DNA of 64,000 nucleotides, from NCBI GenBank assembly GCA_965249725.1, contig CBDFMQ010000002.1:672001-736000 (forward strand), written 5' to 3'. Below, piece after piece: positions 40,020 to 50,330 of the stretch. Position 1 is the stretch's first letter; the number at the start of each line of letters is the position of its first letter. A program made the translations under genes and the position numbers. The notes beneath the pieces are model-generated. The model was not told the DNA's origin. It saw nothing but the letters and a program-made list of their open reading frames with translations, and ran no database searches. This DNA comes from Longimicrobiales bacterium (GTDB taxonomy: Bacteria; Gemmatimonadota; Gemmatimonadetes; Longimicrobiales; Gaopeijiaceae).

Positions 40020-41258
40020 GTGTTTCGTAGAGCCTTCGCCCGCTGGTCGGGTGACTCCGCGCTGGTTCTGGCCGTCCTGCTGATGACCGGCTTCGGCATC
40101 GCCATGATCTACTCGGCGGGTGTCCTCAACATCCCGAGTTCCATCACCGAGGGAGCGTGGATCAGGCAGTCGCGGTGGTTCGTGATCGCCCTTGTGGCGT
40201 TCACGGCGGTGCGCCAGTTGCGATCGCGCTGGTTCGAGTGGATCGCCCTGCCGGCCTATGGTGTGAGCGTGCTGCTGCTCGCCATCACTCTGGTGATCGG
40301 TACGGGCTCGGGTACCGCTGCGGGCGTGAAGAGCTTCCTGGACCTGGGCTTCATTCGATTTCAGCCGGCGGAACTCGCCAAGCTAGCCACCATTCTCGCG
40401 TTGGCTCGGTATCTGGGGACGCGCTCCGAGGACCCCACGACCCTTCGGGCCCTGGTCACCCCGTCGGCCATCGTCGGGGTCCCGCTCGGACTGGTGATCC
40501 TGCAGCCTGATCTCGGCACGGCACTCGCCTTCGTCGGGATCCTTTTCGCGACGTTGTTTTGGGCAGGTGCCCCCATCGGGCTCCTCTTGCTTCTCGCGAG
40601 CCCCGGTGTCTCCCTGGTCCTGAGCTTCGACAACCGCATCTGGGCCGTCTTCTTCGTACTCGTCGTGGGCTCGCTGTACCTCTATCGATACCGCCTGTTT
40701 CTCGTCGAGTCGCTCGCGGTCTTCTTGGCGAATCTCGCGGCAGGTGCCATCGCGCCGCCTCTCTGGAATTCCCTCGCCGAATACCAGCAGAACCGGATCC
40801 TCGTGTTCCTGGATCCGAGCGTCGATCCGCGCGGGGCAGGGTATCACCTGATCCAATCCATGGTCGCCATCGGAAGCGGTGGTCTCAGCGGGAAGGGATT
40901 CACCGAAGGCACTCAGAAGAGGCTGGACTTTCTTCCCGAGCAGCACACCGACTTCATCTTCTCCGTGATCGGTGAGGAGTTGGGATTTCTCGGAACCGGT
41001 TTGGCTCTGAGCCTCTTCGCCTTCATCCTCTACCGTCTCGTGAAGATGGCCGAGGGCGCCTCAGATCCATTTGCGGGGTTGGTCATCTTCGGTATCTTCG
41101 GAGCCTGGTTGGTCCATATTTTCGTGAACGTCGGCATGACCGTGGGTATGGTTCCGGTCACGGGAATACCCCTACCCTTCGTCAGCTACGGCGGCACCTT
41201 TCTCCTCATGTCCTGGATTGCCGTGGCCCTGGCGACGCGGGTCGCATACGACGAGTGA
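40020..41258 (+). CDS. rodA: Rod shape-determining protein RodA (SEDS)
   Basis: FQPAELAK, QPDLGTA, LPEQHTDFIF, GIPLPFVSYGG. Confidence 0.95.
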   Translation: MFRRAFARWSGDSALVLAVLLMTGFGIAMIYSAGVLNIPSSITEGAWIRQSRWFVIALVAFTAVRQLRSRWFEWIALPAYGVSVLLLAITLVIGTGSGTAAGVKSFLDLGFIRFQPAELAKLATILALARYLGTRSEDPTTLRALVTPSAIVGVPLGLVILQPDLGTALAFVGILFATLFWAGAPIGLLLLLASPGVSLVLSFDNRIWAVFFVLVVGSLYLYRYRLFLVESLAVFLANLAAGAIAPPLWNSLAEYQQNRILVFLDPSVDPRGAGYHLIQSMVAIGSGGLSGKGFTEGTQKRLDFLPEQHTDFIFSVIGEELGFLGTGLALSLFAFILYRLVKMAEGASDPFAGLVIFGIFGAWLVHIFVNVGMTVGMVPVTGIPLPFVSYGGTFLLMSWIAVALATRVAYDE

Positions 41259-41281
41259 CAGAGGCCTGTTGAGGGAGTCCG

Positions 41282-42121
41282 ATGGCTTGGTTTCGTAAGG
41301 ACAAACAGCCACTGAAGGCAGACGATCGGCGCGATGTGCCGACCGATGTCTTCGACAAGTGTCGGGGGTGCGGGGAGATTCTCTATGCGGAGAAGCTCGT
41401 CCAAAACCGCCAGGTCTGCCCCGACTGTGGGCATCACTTCCGCGTGTCTGCCGAGAGGTACGTCGAGATCCTCCTCGACGAAGGCTCTTTCGAGGAAATC
41501 GACCGCGATATCGGCAGTGCCGATCCGCTCGGGTTCCAAGATCTCAAGCCCTACACTGAGCGTCTGGCGGCGGCCGAGTCGAAGGTAGGCAGGAAAGAAG
41601 CGGTCCTCTCGGGGACGGGGACGCTCGACGGGATGGGCGTGGTGCTGGCGGTCATGGACTTCCGCTTCGTTGGAGGGTCCATGGGATCGGTGGTGGGGGA
41701 GAAGATCGCCCGCGCAGGCCGCGTCGCGTTGGATCGCAAGGAGCCGCTCATCGTAGTCAGCGCGTCCGGGGGCGCACGCATGCAGGAGGGGATCTACTCT
41801 CTGATGCAGATGGCCAAGACGTCGGCCGTGCTCGCCCGTCTCCATGAGGCGGGACTTCCCTATATCGCCGTGCTCACGGATCCCACGACGGGTGGTGTCA
41901 CGGCGTCTCACGCGATGCTCGGCGACGTGAACCTGGCGGAGCCGGGTGCGCTGATCGGATTCGCCGGCCCCCGGGTCATCGAAGAGACCATCCGCCAGGA
42001 GCTGCCGGACGGGTTCCAGCGGTCCGAGTTCCTGCTCCAACACGGGATGATCGATCGGGTCGTGGATCGCCGGAGGCTGAAGAGCGAGGTGGCCACCCTT
42101 CTACGGCATATGATCGGTTGA
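41282..42121 (+). CDS. accD: Acetyl-CoA carboxylase carboxyltransferase beta subunit
   Basis: C4 zinc finger, GGSMGSVVGEK, SGGARMQEG, GFAGPRVI. Confidence 0.97.
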   Translation: MAWFRKDKQPLKADDRRDVPTDVFDKCRGCGEILYAEKLVQNRQVCPDCGHHFRVSAERYVEILLDEGSFEEIDRDIGSADPLGFQDLKPYTERLAAAESKVGRKEAVLSGTGTLDGMGVVLAVMDFRFVGGSMGSVVGEKIARAGRVALDRKEPLIVVSASGGARMQEGIYSLMQMAKTSAVLARLHEAGLPYIAVLTDPTTGGVTASHAMLGDVNLAEPGALIGFAGPRVIEETIRQELPDGFQRSEFLLQHGMIDRVVDRRRLKSEVATLLRHMIG

Positions 42122-43398
42122 CGGACGACCTTCTCCTCGAGGAACCGTTCGCCGGGCTGACGCATGGAATCGAGTGGGGCCTCGGGAGAATGGAGGCCTT
42201 CCTGCGGGACACGGGAGACCCTCACCTCTCGTATCCGAGCATCCACGTGGGGGGCACCAACGGCAAGGGGTCGGTGGCCGCGACCGTGGCCTCGGTGCTC
42301 GATCGAGCGGAGATCCGGACCGGGCTCTACACCTCTCCTCATCTTTGCTCGTTCCGCGAACGGTTTCACGTGTCCGGGGAGCCGGTTCGAGAAGGCGAAC
42401 TGCGAGGTATAGCTCGGGACCTGAAGGACGACATCGTCCGCCATGAGCTGACCTTCTTCGAAGCGGCAACCGCGGTGGCGTTCCACCTGTTCGCACGAGA
42501 CCCGGTGGACGTTGCGGTCGTCGAGGTGGGCCTGGGTGGTCGCTTGGATGCCACCAACGTCCTCACACCGCTGCTTACCGCCATCACCAACGTGGCGAAG
42601 GATCACTCCGAATATCTCGGTGAATCCCTCGATGATATCGCGAGAGAGAAGGCGGGGATCATCAAGGCCGGCGTGCCGCTCCTCACGGCGGAGAGCGACG
42701 AGAGGCTGTTGTCGATTCTCGGGGAGGTCTGCGATCGCGCGGGGGCGCCGTTTTGGCCCCTTCGCCCCGATCCGGTGAGGATGGACCTCGAGGTCACGCA
42801 GAGCGGGACGTCGTTCACCGTCGATACCGAGGCATGGGGACGTCTGAGCCTACGCACGCCACTGGTGGGCGAGCATCAAGCCGTGAACGGAGCTTTGTCA
42901 GTGGCCATTCTCGCGGGGCTGCCGGACGCGCTGCGTCCCGAGGCCGAGGCCGTCGTCGAGGGGGTCGCCGGCGTCCGTTGGCCGGGCCGTTCGCAGATCG
43001 CGGTTCTCGACGGTCGGACGTGGTTCTTCGACGTGGCGCACAACGCCGCCGGTGCAGAGACGCTGGCCACGGTGCTCGACGGGTTCGACCTGCCGCGACC
43101 GGTGGTCCTGGTTGCGGCCGTTCTGGGCGACAAAGACTGGCGTGCCATGCTGCCACCGCTTCTGAGTAGGACCGACCACGCTTTGTTCACGCAGGCGCCG
43201 TCGGCCCCCCCCGAGCGGCGATGGGATCCGAATGCGGCTACGGAGGTGGTGGGTGGCGGCGACGTCGAGATCCATGATGCCTTCGATGTGGCGCTGGAGC
43301 GCGCAAAGGAGTTGGCGGGGTCGGGAACCGTCGTGGTGACCGGGTCGAACCACACCGTGGGCGACGCTTTGCAGCGTCTGAATCTGTCGCCGTCCTGA
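42118..43398 (+). CDS. folC: Folylpolyglutamate/dihydrofolate synthase
   Basis: HVGGTNGKGS, YTSPHL, EVGLGGRLDATN, WPGR, DVAHN. Confidence 0.96.
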   Translation: MTDDLLLEEPFAGLTHGIEWGLGRMEAFLRDTGDPHLSYPSIHVGGTNGKGSVAATVASVLDRAEIRTGLYTSPHLCSFRERFHVSGEPVREGELRGIARDLKDDIVRHELTFFEAATAVAFHLFARDPVDVAVVEVGLGGRLDATNVLTPLLTAITNVAKDHSEYLGESLDDIAREKAGIIKAGVPLLTAESDERLLSILGEVCDRAGAPFWPLRPDPVRMDLEVTQSGTSFTVDTEAWGRLSLRTPLVGEHQAVNGALSVAILAGLPDALRPEAEAVVEGVAGVRWPGRSQIAVLDGRTWFFDVAHNAAGAETLATVLDGFDLPRPVVLVAAVLGDKDWRAMLPPLLSRTDHALFTQAPSAPPERRWDPNAATEVVGGGDVEIHDAFDVALERAKELAGSGTVVVTGSNHTVGDALQRLNLSPS

Positions 43399-43482
43399 TC
43401 GGGCGCCGAAACGCCCGTTTCGACGGGGTTCCAGAACCCTTGGCCACTGTACATTTGAGACGCCTGGTATAGATTCGCCCGC

Positions 43483-44766
43483 ATGTCGAAGCCGATCTTC
43501 GCGCGCCTTCCCGGATTCCGTGATTTTGTCCCGGAAGACTTCGCCTTCCGTGAGCATATCCTGGACGCATGGCGCCGAGTCGCCGTGCGGTATGGCTTCG
43601 CCCAATACGACGGTCCGCCGTTGGAGCCACTCGCCCTCTATGTGGAAAAGAGCGGCGAGGAGATCGTCGGCCAGCTCTACAACTTCGTGGACAAGGGGGA
43701 GCGAGAGGTCTCGTTACGTCCCGAGATGACCCCGTCTTTGGCCCGCATCCTGGCTGAGCACAGTCGCTCGCTCGCGAAGCCGATCCGCTGGTTCTCCACC
43801 CCGCAGTTGTTCCGCTACGAGCGGCAGCAGAGGGGGCGATTGAGGGAGCACTTTCAGTGGAACGTCGACATCGTCGGTGAGGAAGCGATCTCTGCGGATG
43901 TCGAGGTGCTGGCCGTGGGCCTGGACGGGCTGCGCGAACTCGGACTCGGTGCCGAAGACATCGTGGCACGGGTGTCCGATCGGCGCCTTCTGTCTGCGGT
44001 GCTCACGGCCTTCGGGGTGACCGAGGAACGTCTGGCGTCCGCCTACGCCATCATCGACAAGATCGAGCGCGCGGATTCGGACCGGTCCCTCGAGAGACTT
44101 CGGACTGAAGCCGGGCTCAGCGAAGAGAGTGCGAGTTCCGCACTGCAACTGTTCACCGACGGTACGCTGGACGGGGTCGCGTCGCTCATGGGTGAGCGGG
44201 AAGGGGTCGGTGCCGAACTGGAGCGCTTGGAGGACTACTTCGGTCAACTGACGGCGATGGGTCTCGGACCCTATGTGGAGTTCGATCTCAGAATCGTACG
44301 AGGGCTGGCCTACTACACCGGGATCGTGTTCGAACTCTTCGATCGCAAAGGAGAGTTGCGGGCCATCTGCGGAGGCGGACGCTATGACCGGCTTCTGGAG
44401 CTGGTCGGCGGAGACCCGCTGCCCGCTGTGGGGTTCGGCATGGGCGACGTCGTGCTGGGAGAGCTGATCCGCGATCGCGCGCTCATGCCCGAAACGGGTC
44501 CAGAGGTCGACTACTACATCGTGATCATCGGGGAGGAGCACCGAGGGTTGGCGCTTGCCATCGCTCACGCCAACCGGGACCGGGGTCGCAGCGTCCTCTA
44601 CAGCCTGAGAGACCAGTCGGTGCGGAAGCAGTTCACAGCGGCGGGCAACGCCGGTGCGAAGGATGTCATCGTATTGGGCCCCGATGAGGTAGCACGAGGT
44701 CAGGCGGTGGTGCGCAACATGGCCTCGGGACAGGAGCGGGAGGTTCCTCTGGAGGAGCTCGAGTGA
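43483..44766 (+). CDS. hisS: Histidine--tRNA ligase
   Basis: LRPEMTP, FRYERQQRGRLREH, VRGLAYYTG, GGGRYD. Confidence 0.97.
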   Translation: MSKPIFARLPGFRDFVPEDFAFREHILDAWRRVAVRYGFAQYDGPPLEPLALYVEKSGEEIVGQLYNFVDKGEREVSLRPEMTPSLARILAEHSRSLAKPIRWFSTPQLFRYERQQRGRLREHFQWNVDIVGEEAISADVEVLAVGLDGLRELGLGAEDIVARVSDRRLLSAVLTAFGVTEERLASAYAIIDKIERADSDRSLERLRTEAGLSEESASSALQLFTDGTLDGVASLMGEREGVGAELERLEDYFGQLTAMGLGPYVEFDLRIVRGLAYYTGIVFELFDRKGELRAICGGGRYDRLLELVGGDPLPAVGFGMGDVVLGELIRDRALMPETGPEVDYYIVIIGEEHRGLALAIAHANRDRGRSVLYSLRDQSVRKQFTAAGNAGAKDVIVLGPDEVARGQAVVRNMASGQEREVPLEELE

Positions 44767-45071
44767 CGTCGAGCAACGGCGCCCACCCTGAGACGCGGCG
44801 CATGATGGAGACGGCAATTCGGCGCTTGAACGCGCTCGAGTACCTGATAATCGGGGCGGCGATGGGTTTCGCCTTGGCGGCCGGCGCGCTCACGGCTTGG
44901 ATGCTGGGAACCGCTGTCGGCTTCCCGTTCAGGATCACCTGGATGGTGGCGTCGCTCCTGTTCTTTGCGGTGCCCGGTTCGTTGGTGCTTCTGAAGGAGC
45001 GCCGGTCCCAGTCGCCTCACGATACGAGAGGCCCGAACGACGGGTCCACAACCAAGAGAGATGATGGCTGA
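44763..45071 (+). CDS. Small hypothetical 2-TM membrane protein
   Basis: Two hydrophobic helices; overlaps the hisS stop and the proS start. Confidence 0.7.
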   Translation: MTSSNGAHPETRRMMETAIRRLNALEYLIIGAAMGFALAAGALTAWMLGTAVGFPFRITWMVASLLFFAVPGSLVLLKERRSQSPHDTRGPNDGSTTKRDDG

Positions 45072-46524
45072 CGACAAGAAGTTGACCCCCCGCGACGAGG
45101 ATTTCGCGGCCTGGTACAACGAGCTGGTGCTCAGGTCCGAGCTTGCGGACTACTCCCCGGTCCGGGGATGTATGGTCATTCGCCCGTGGGGATATGGCAT
45201 CTGGGAGAACATGCAGCGGGCCCTGGACGACATGTTCAAGGCCACCGGCCACGAGAACGCGTCATTTCCGCTCCTGATTCCGATGAGCTTCATCGAAAAG
45301 GAAAAGGAGCACATCGAGGGGTTCAAGCCGGAGCTCGCCGTGGTTACCCATGCCGGTGGCAAGGAGCTGGAGGAAGCTCTGGTTATCCGGCCCACTTCCG
45401 AGACCGTCATCATGTCGATGTACGCGAAGTGGATCCAGAGCTACCGCGACCTTCCCCTACTCATCAACCAGTGGGGGAACGTGATGCGCTGGGAGCTGCG
45501 CACCCGGCTCTTCCTGAGGACCTCCGAGTTCCTGTGGCAGGAAGGCCACACGGTGCACGCGACGGCTGAAGAGGCCGAGGAGCACACGCGGCGCATGCTC
45601 GGTGTCTACCGGACGTTCATGGAGGACTGGATGGCCATGCCGCCCGTGACCGGACTCAAGTCGGAGGCCGAGAAGTTCGCCGGCGCGGTACGCAGCTACG
45701 CGTGCGAAGCGATGATGCAGGACAACCGTGCGTTGCAGGCCGGCACTTCGCACTTCCTGGGCCAGAATTTCTCCAAGCAATTCGAGTTGACCTTCCAGAC
45801 GGAGGAGGGCAGGGAGGAGTTCGGCTGGAATACGTCCTGGGGCGTGTCCACCCGGCTTGTGGGCGGGTTGGTCATGACACACGGAGACGATCAAGGACTC
45901 GTGCTCCCGCCGAAGCTGGCGCCGACACAGGTCGTCATCGTTCCGATCCTGAAGGGCGACGACCACGGGCCAGTGCTCGAGAAGGCCGATGCGGTTCGGG
46001 ATGCATTGGTGGCGCAGGGCGTCCGGACCAAGGTCGACGCCCGGGACTATCTCAGCCCGGGCAACAAGTACTACGAGTGGGAGAGGAAGGGTGTCCCCCT
46101 CAGAATGGAGATCGGCCCCAGGGACATGGAGTCCGGACAGGTGGCGCTCGCGAAGCGGCTGCGCTCGGAGGACGAACCTCGCAAGGAGTTCATCCCGGAG
46201 GCCGAGGCCTTGGCGACGATGGGGGATCGCCTCGACGCGCTGCAGGCGCAGCTGTTAGAGACCGCGAAGGCCAGGCGGGAAGAGAACTCCTACAGGGGAG
46301 TGAACGATCTGGGCGAGTTGGCCGAGATCATGAATACCAAGGGTGGCTTCGTCTACACCGGCTGGAGTGGCGACCCAGCCGTGGAGGAGCGCATCAAAGA
46401 GGAGACCAAGGCGACGCTGCGCTGTATTCCCGATGAGGAGTTCCAGTCCGGTGAAGCTCCCGCACGGTGCATCGGCGGAGAAAAGGACTCCACGATGGAG
46501 GTGGTGTGGGCCAAGGCCTACTGA
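45061..46524 (+). CDS. proS: Proline--tRNA ligase, archaeal/eukaryotic-like type without INS domain
   Basis: IRPTSET, FLRTSEFLWQEGHT, QAGTSHFLGQNF, SWGVSTR; C-terminal AKAY. Confidence 0.96.
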   Translation: MMADDKKLTPRDEDFAAWYNELVLRSELADYSPVRGCMVIRPWGYGIWENMQRALDDMFKATGHENASFPLLIPMSFIEKEKEHIEGFKPELAVVTHAGGKELEEALVIRPTSETVIMSMYAKWIQSYRDLPLLINQWGNVMRWELRTRLFLRTSEFLWQEGHTVHATAEEAEEHTRRMLGVYRTFMEDWMAMPPVTGLKSEAEKFAGAVRSYACEAMMQDNRALQAGTSHFLGQNFSKQFELTFQTEEGREEFGWNTSWGVSTRLVGGLVMTHGDDQGLVLPPKLAPTQVVIVPILKGDDHGPVLEKADAVRDALVAQGVRTKVDARDYLSPGNKYYEWERKGVPLRMEIGPRDMESGQVALAKRLRSEDEPRKEFIPEAEALATMGDRLDALQAQLLETAKARREENSYRGVNDLGELAEIMNTKGGFVYTGWSGDPAVEERIKEETKATLRCIPDEEFQSGEAPARCIGGEKDSTMEVVWAKAY

Positions 46525-46546
46525 TGGGCCACCCGGCTGGAGGGGT

Positions 46547-47818
46547 GTGAGCCGCCCCTTTCCCCGTCTCGACGGCGAGCTCCACGTCGGCGAGCATGCC
46601 GTGGCGGAGCTCGCTGCGGAGTTCGGCACGCCTCTGTACGTCTACGACGCGGAGGTCATTGCCTCCGCCTATCGACAGATCGAGTCGGCCTTCGACGGGG
46701 TCGATCTGCTCATGGCCTACTCGGTCAAGGCGAACGGTAATCTCGACATCCTGAGACGCCTCGTCGCTCTGGGAGCCGGCGCCGACATCGTCAGCATCGG
46801 AGAACTCCATCGCTGCCTGGTGGCCGGGGTGCCCCCGGAGCGGATCGTCTTCGCCGGAGTCGGGAAGACTGAGGCCGAGATGGAGGCCGCTCTGACCGCC
46901 GACATCCTGGCCTTCAACATCGAGAGCGAGGGTGAGCTTCGTGTGCTCGACGCGGTCGCGACCCGGATGGGCAAGCGTGCGCCCGTGGCGGTCCGGGTGA
47001 ATCCGGACGTCTTGGCCGATACCCCTCATGAATACACGCGCACTGGGCACGGCGAATCCAAGTTCGGAGTCCCTTTGGATCGCGTTCTCGATCTCTATCG
47101 ATGGGCCGCGGGAAGGCCCGGACTCGAGATCGTGGGCATCGACGTCCACATCGGCTCCCAGATCCTCGAGCCGGACCCCTATCAAAGAGCGCTCGATGAG
47201 ATCCTCGGGCTCGCCGAGACGCTGGCCGGGGAGGGTATTGAACTCCGTTTCGTCGACCTAGGCGGAGGCTACGGCGTGAGCTACGAAGATGAGACGCGCA
47301 TGTCGGTCACCGACCTCGCCAGCCTGGTGCTGCCGCGGGTGAAAGAGGCGGGACTGACCCTCATCCTGGAGCCCGGTCGGTTCATCGTGGGCGAGGCAGG
47401 CCTGCTGGTCACGAAGGTGCTCTATGTAAAGGACGAGGGGCCGAGGACGTTCGTTGTCACGGACGGTGGGATGACCGAGTTGATCAGGCCCAGCCACTAC
47501 CAAGGCTTCCACGACATCGAGCCGGTGTTGTCACGCCCAGACGCGATCCCGACAGTGGTCGACGTGGTCGGCCCCATCTGCGAGAGTGGAGACTTCCTGG
47601 CGCGCGACAGAGAATTGGCTCTTCCGCAGGAGGGGGATCTGCTGGCCGTGCACACCGTGGGCGCCTACGGCTTTGCCATGGCATCCAATTACAACTCGCG
47701 CCCTCGAGCCGCCGAGGTGGTGGTCGACGGGTCGAGCGTGGTTCTGGCTCGCCGCCGGGAGAACCTCGACGACCTGATCCGGGGAGAGCGGCTTCCCGAC
47801 GGGAGCTTGTCCCCGTGA
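46547..47818 (+). CDS. lysA: Diaminopimelate decarboxylase
   Basis: FGTPLYVYD, YSVKAN, SKFG, HIGSQ, GPICESGD, MASNYNSRPR; GGAGGGG upstream of GTG 46547. Confidence 0.96.
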   Translation: MSRPFPRLDGELHVGEHAVAELAAEFGTPLYVYDAEVIASAYRQIESAFDGVDLLMAYSVKANGNLDILRRLVALGAGADIVSIGELHRCLVAGVPPERIVFAGVGKTEAEMEAALTADILAFNIESEGELRVLDAVATRMGKRAPVAVRVNPDVLADTPHEYTRTGHGESKFGVPLDRVLDLYRWAAGRPGLEIVGIDVHIGSQILEPDPYQRALDEILGLAETLAGEGIELRFVDLGGGYGVSYEDETRMSVTDLASLVLPRVKEAGLTLILEPGRFIVGEAGLLVTKVLYVKDEGPRTFVVTDGGMTELIRPSHYQGFHDIEPVLSRPDAIPTVVDVVGPICESGDFLARDRELALPQEGDLLAVHTVGAYGFAMASNYNSRPRAAEVVVDGSSVVLARRRENLDDLIRGERLPDGSLSP

Positions 47819-47861
47819 GGCTCTGTGACCGATTGAGGCCCTGTTACCCAGCGGAGGCCCT

Positions 47862-49409
47862 ATGACCGAGCACGACCGGATTCTGATTCTCGACTTCGGA
47901 TCCCAGTACACCCAGCTCATCGCCCGCCGAATCCGAGAAGAGCGGGTCTACTCCGAGGTCCATCCGCCCACGCGATCGCTCGACTGGATCCGCGAGTGGA
48001 ACCCGAAGGGGATCATCCTCTCGGGAGGACCCGCTTCGGTGTACGACGAGGGCGTACCCACCGCGGAGCCCGGGCTGTTGGAGCTTGGTGTGCCGGTTCT
48101 GGGCATCTGCTACGGGCTCCACGTCATCGCCCAGATGGAGGGTGCCGAGGTCGTGGTCGGCAAACGCGAGTACGGTCGAGCGGAGTTGACCGTCCGCGAT
48201 CCCGGAGAGCTGTTCGACGGGTTCACGGAGGACGAGCCCACTCAAGTGTGGTGCTCGCACGGTGACCATGTCGATGCACCTCCGCCGGGCTACGAGACCC
48301 TCGCCTCTACCGAGACGCTCTCCGTTGCCGCGTTCAAACATGAGACCCGCCCGATCTATGCCGTGCAGTTCCATCCCGAGGTCGCGCACACCGTCCGAGG
48401 CGAAGAGATCATCTCGAACTTCCTTCTCCGGATCTGTGAATGTCGTCCTACGTGGACGGCCGGGGCGTTCATCGAAGAGTCGGTCGCGGCGATCCGGGAG
48501 ACTGTAGGTGACGGTACCGTTATCTGCGGCCTTTCAGGAGGTGTGGATTCCTCGGTGGCGGCGGCGTTGGTGCACAGAGCCATCGGAGATCGCCTCACGT
48601 GCATCTTCGTCGACAACGGCGTGCTCAGGAAGCACGAACGGGAGAACGTGGAGCGTACCTTCCGAAAGCACATGGGCATTCGACTGATCGTCGTGGACGC
48701 GGCGGCGGACTTCTTGACCGCCTTGGCCGGGGTCGAAGAGCCCGAGGAGAAGAGGAGACGGATCGGACACGTGTTCATCGACGTCTTCAGCCGGGTCGCA
48801 AGCGAGGAAGTGCCCGGCGCCGGTCACTTGGTACAGGGCACCCTCTATCCCGACGTAATCGAATCCCTGTCCACCGGTGGGCCGTCGGAGACCATCAAGA
48901 CGCACCACAACGTGGGCGGATTGCCCGAGGACCTTCCGTTCGAGCTCATCGAACCGCTGCGCGAGCTCTTCAAGGACGAGGTGCGCCAAGTCGGCCGGGA
49001 GCTGAGCCTGCCCGAAGAGTTCATACGCCGGCATCCGTTTCCCGGGCCCGGGCTCGCGATACGTGTTCTCGGGGAGGTGACGGAGGAGAGGCTGGCGGTG
49101 CTCCGCGAGGCCGACACGATCTATCTGGACGAGATCCACGCGGCGGGCCTCTACGACGAGATCTGGCAGGCCTTCGCGGTGCTGCTGCCCGTGCGGGCCG
49201 TGGGTGTCATGGGTGACAACCGGACCTATGAGAACGTGGTGGCGCTCCGTGCCGTCACGTCACGGGACGGGATGACCGCGGATTGGTATCCGTTCCCGCA
49301 CGACGTCCTCAGCAGGATATCGTCTCGCATCAGCAACGAGGTGGTGGGTGTGAACCGGGTCTGCTACGACGTTTCGTCGAAGCCTCCCGGCACCATCGAG
49401 TGGGAGTAG
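47862..49409 (+). CDS. guaA: GMP synthase (glutamine-hydrolysing)
   Basis: [44 protein letters not shown]. Confidence 0.98.
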   Translation: MTEHDRILILDFGSQYTQLIARRIREERVYSEVHPPTRSLDWIREWNPKGIILSGGPASVYDEGVPTAEPGLLELGVPVLGICYGLHVIAQMEGAEVVVGKREYGRAELTVRDPGELFDGFTEDEPTQVWCSHGDHVDAPPPGYETLASTETLSVAAFKHETRPIYAVQFHPEVAHTVRGEEIISNFLLRICECRPTWTAGAFIEESVAAIRETVGDGTVICGLSGGVDSSVAAALVHRAIGDRLTCIFVDNGVLRKHERENVERTFRKHMGIRLIVVDAAADFLTALAGVEEPEEKRRRIGHVFIDVFSRVASEEVPGAGHLVQGTLYPDVIESLSTGGPSETIKTHHNVGGLPEDLPFELIEPLRELFKDEVRQVGRELSLPEEFIRRHPFPGPGLAIRVLGEVTEERLAVLREADTIYLDEIHAAGLYDEIWQAFAVLLPVRAVGVMGDNRTYENVVALRAVTSRDGMTADWYPFPHDVLSRISSRISNEVVGVNRVCYDVSSKPPGTIEWE

Positions 49410-49795
49410 CCGACCACCGCATCCGCCTCGATCTCGATGAGCATGTCCCGGTCGATGAGCCTGCTCACCTCGACCATGGTGGTCGTTGGAGGATGGTCGG
49501 CGAAGGTCGCCTGATGCGCCCGTCCGTATTCCTCCCACCGCTCGATGTCCGTGACGAACATGCGGGTACGCACGATGTCGCTCAGGTCCGCGCCGTGCGC
49601 CGCCAGTGCTTCTCGGATGATCTGGAAGCACCTCAGGGTCTGTGCGTAGCCGTCCCCGACCGCATGGACCCCTCCGCCCTCGGCCACGGGCGCCGTGCCG
49701 GTGACGAAGATCTGGTCTCCGGCCCGCAGAGAACGGCAGTATCCGACCTGTTTCTCCCACGGGGCCCCACTGAAGCTGCGTACGAATTCAGTCAT
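49364..49795 (-). CDS. RidA/YjgF family protein
   Basis: [38 protein letters not shown]. Confidence 0.92.
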   Translation of the reverse strand: MTEFVRSFSGAPWEKQVGYCRSLRAGDQIFVTGTAPVAEGGGVHAVGDGYAQTLRCFQIIREALAAHGADLSDIVRTRMFVTDIERWEEYGRAHQATFADHPPTTTMVEVSRLIDRDMLIEIEADAVVGYSHSMVPGGFDETS

Positions 49796-50165
49796 TCGTT
49801 TGTGAGCCCTCGTCGGCCATTCGCAGCATCAGCGAGATGCGCGCCTCGGCTTCGTTCCAGATGTCACGCATGTAGTCCGCTTCCGCGTGGTTGACGTCCA
49901 GGAAGAGACGAAAGTCCTCTTCGGAGACCTCGTGCAGGGTGAGCACGCTATCGCGTTCCGCGGCACTCACGTTGCGGGAGGTCTTCCGTAACGCCACGCG
50001 TCGGAGGTCCACGTAGACGTTGATGAACGTCTCGCGATCGATGGTGACCAGGACGGCCGAAGGCGCGTTGTCGCTGCAGGCCAAACCCGCGACCGTGGAG
50101 AGAATCGCTCCGAGAACGATGCCGAATCGGATCGGGCGGGACGTGCGACGCGACGCTTCAGGCAT
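49788..50165 (-). CDS. Hypothetical lipoprotein
   Basis: GLAC lipobox after a hydrophobic stretch; helical mature part; real 3' end of the 561-aa antisense ORF. Confidence 0.65.
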   Translation of the reverse strand: MPEASRRTSRPIRFGIVLGAILSTVAGLACSDNAPSAVLVTIDRETFINVYVDLRRVALRKTSRNVSAAERDSVLTLHEVSEEDFRLFLDVNHAEADYMRDIWNEAEARISLMLRMADEGSQTND

Positions 50166-50330
50166 GTCGACTACGGGCCTCGGCTTGATGGGGAGGAAGA
50201 GGCGGTTTCGGGGCCTCGACCGAGGCCACAATCTAGTATCTTTCGACTGGTCGTCCATCGAGGAGGGCATACCCGGGGGACGCGGTGTCCGATCCCCGCG
50301 TCCGCGGGCACGAAGCGTAGAAGAGGACCC

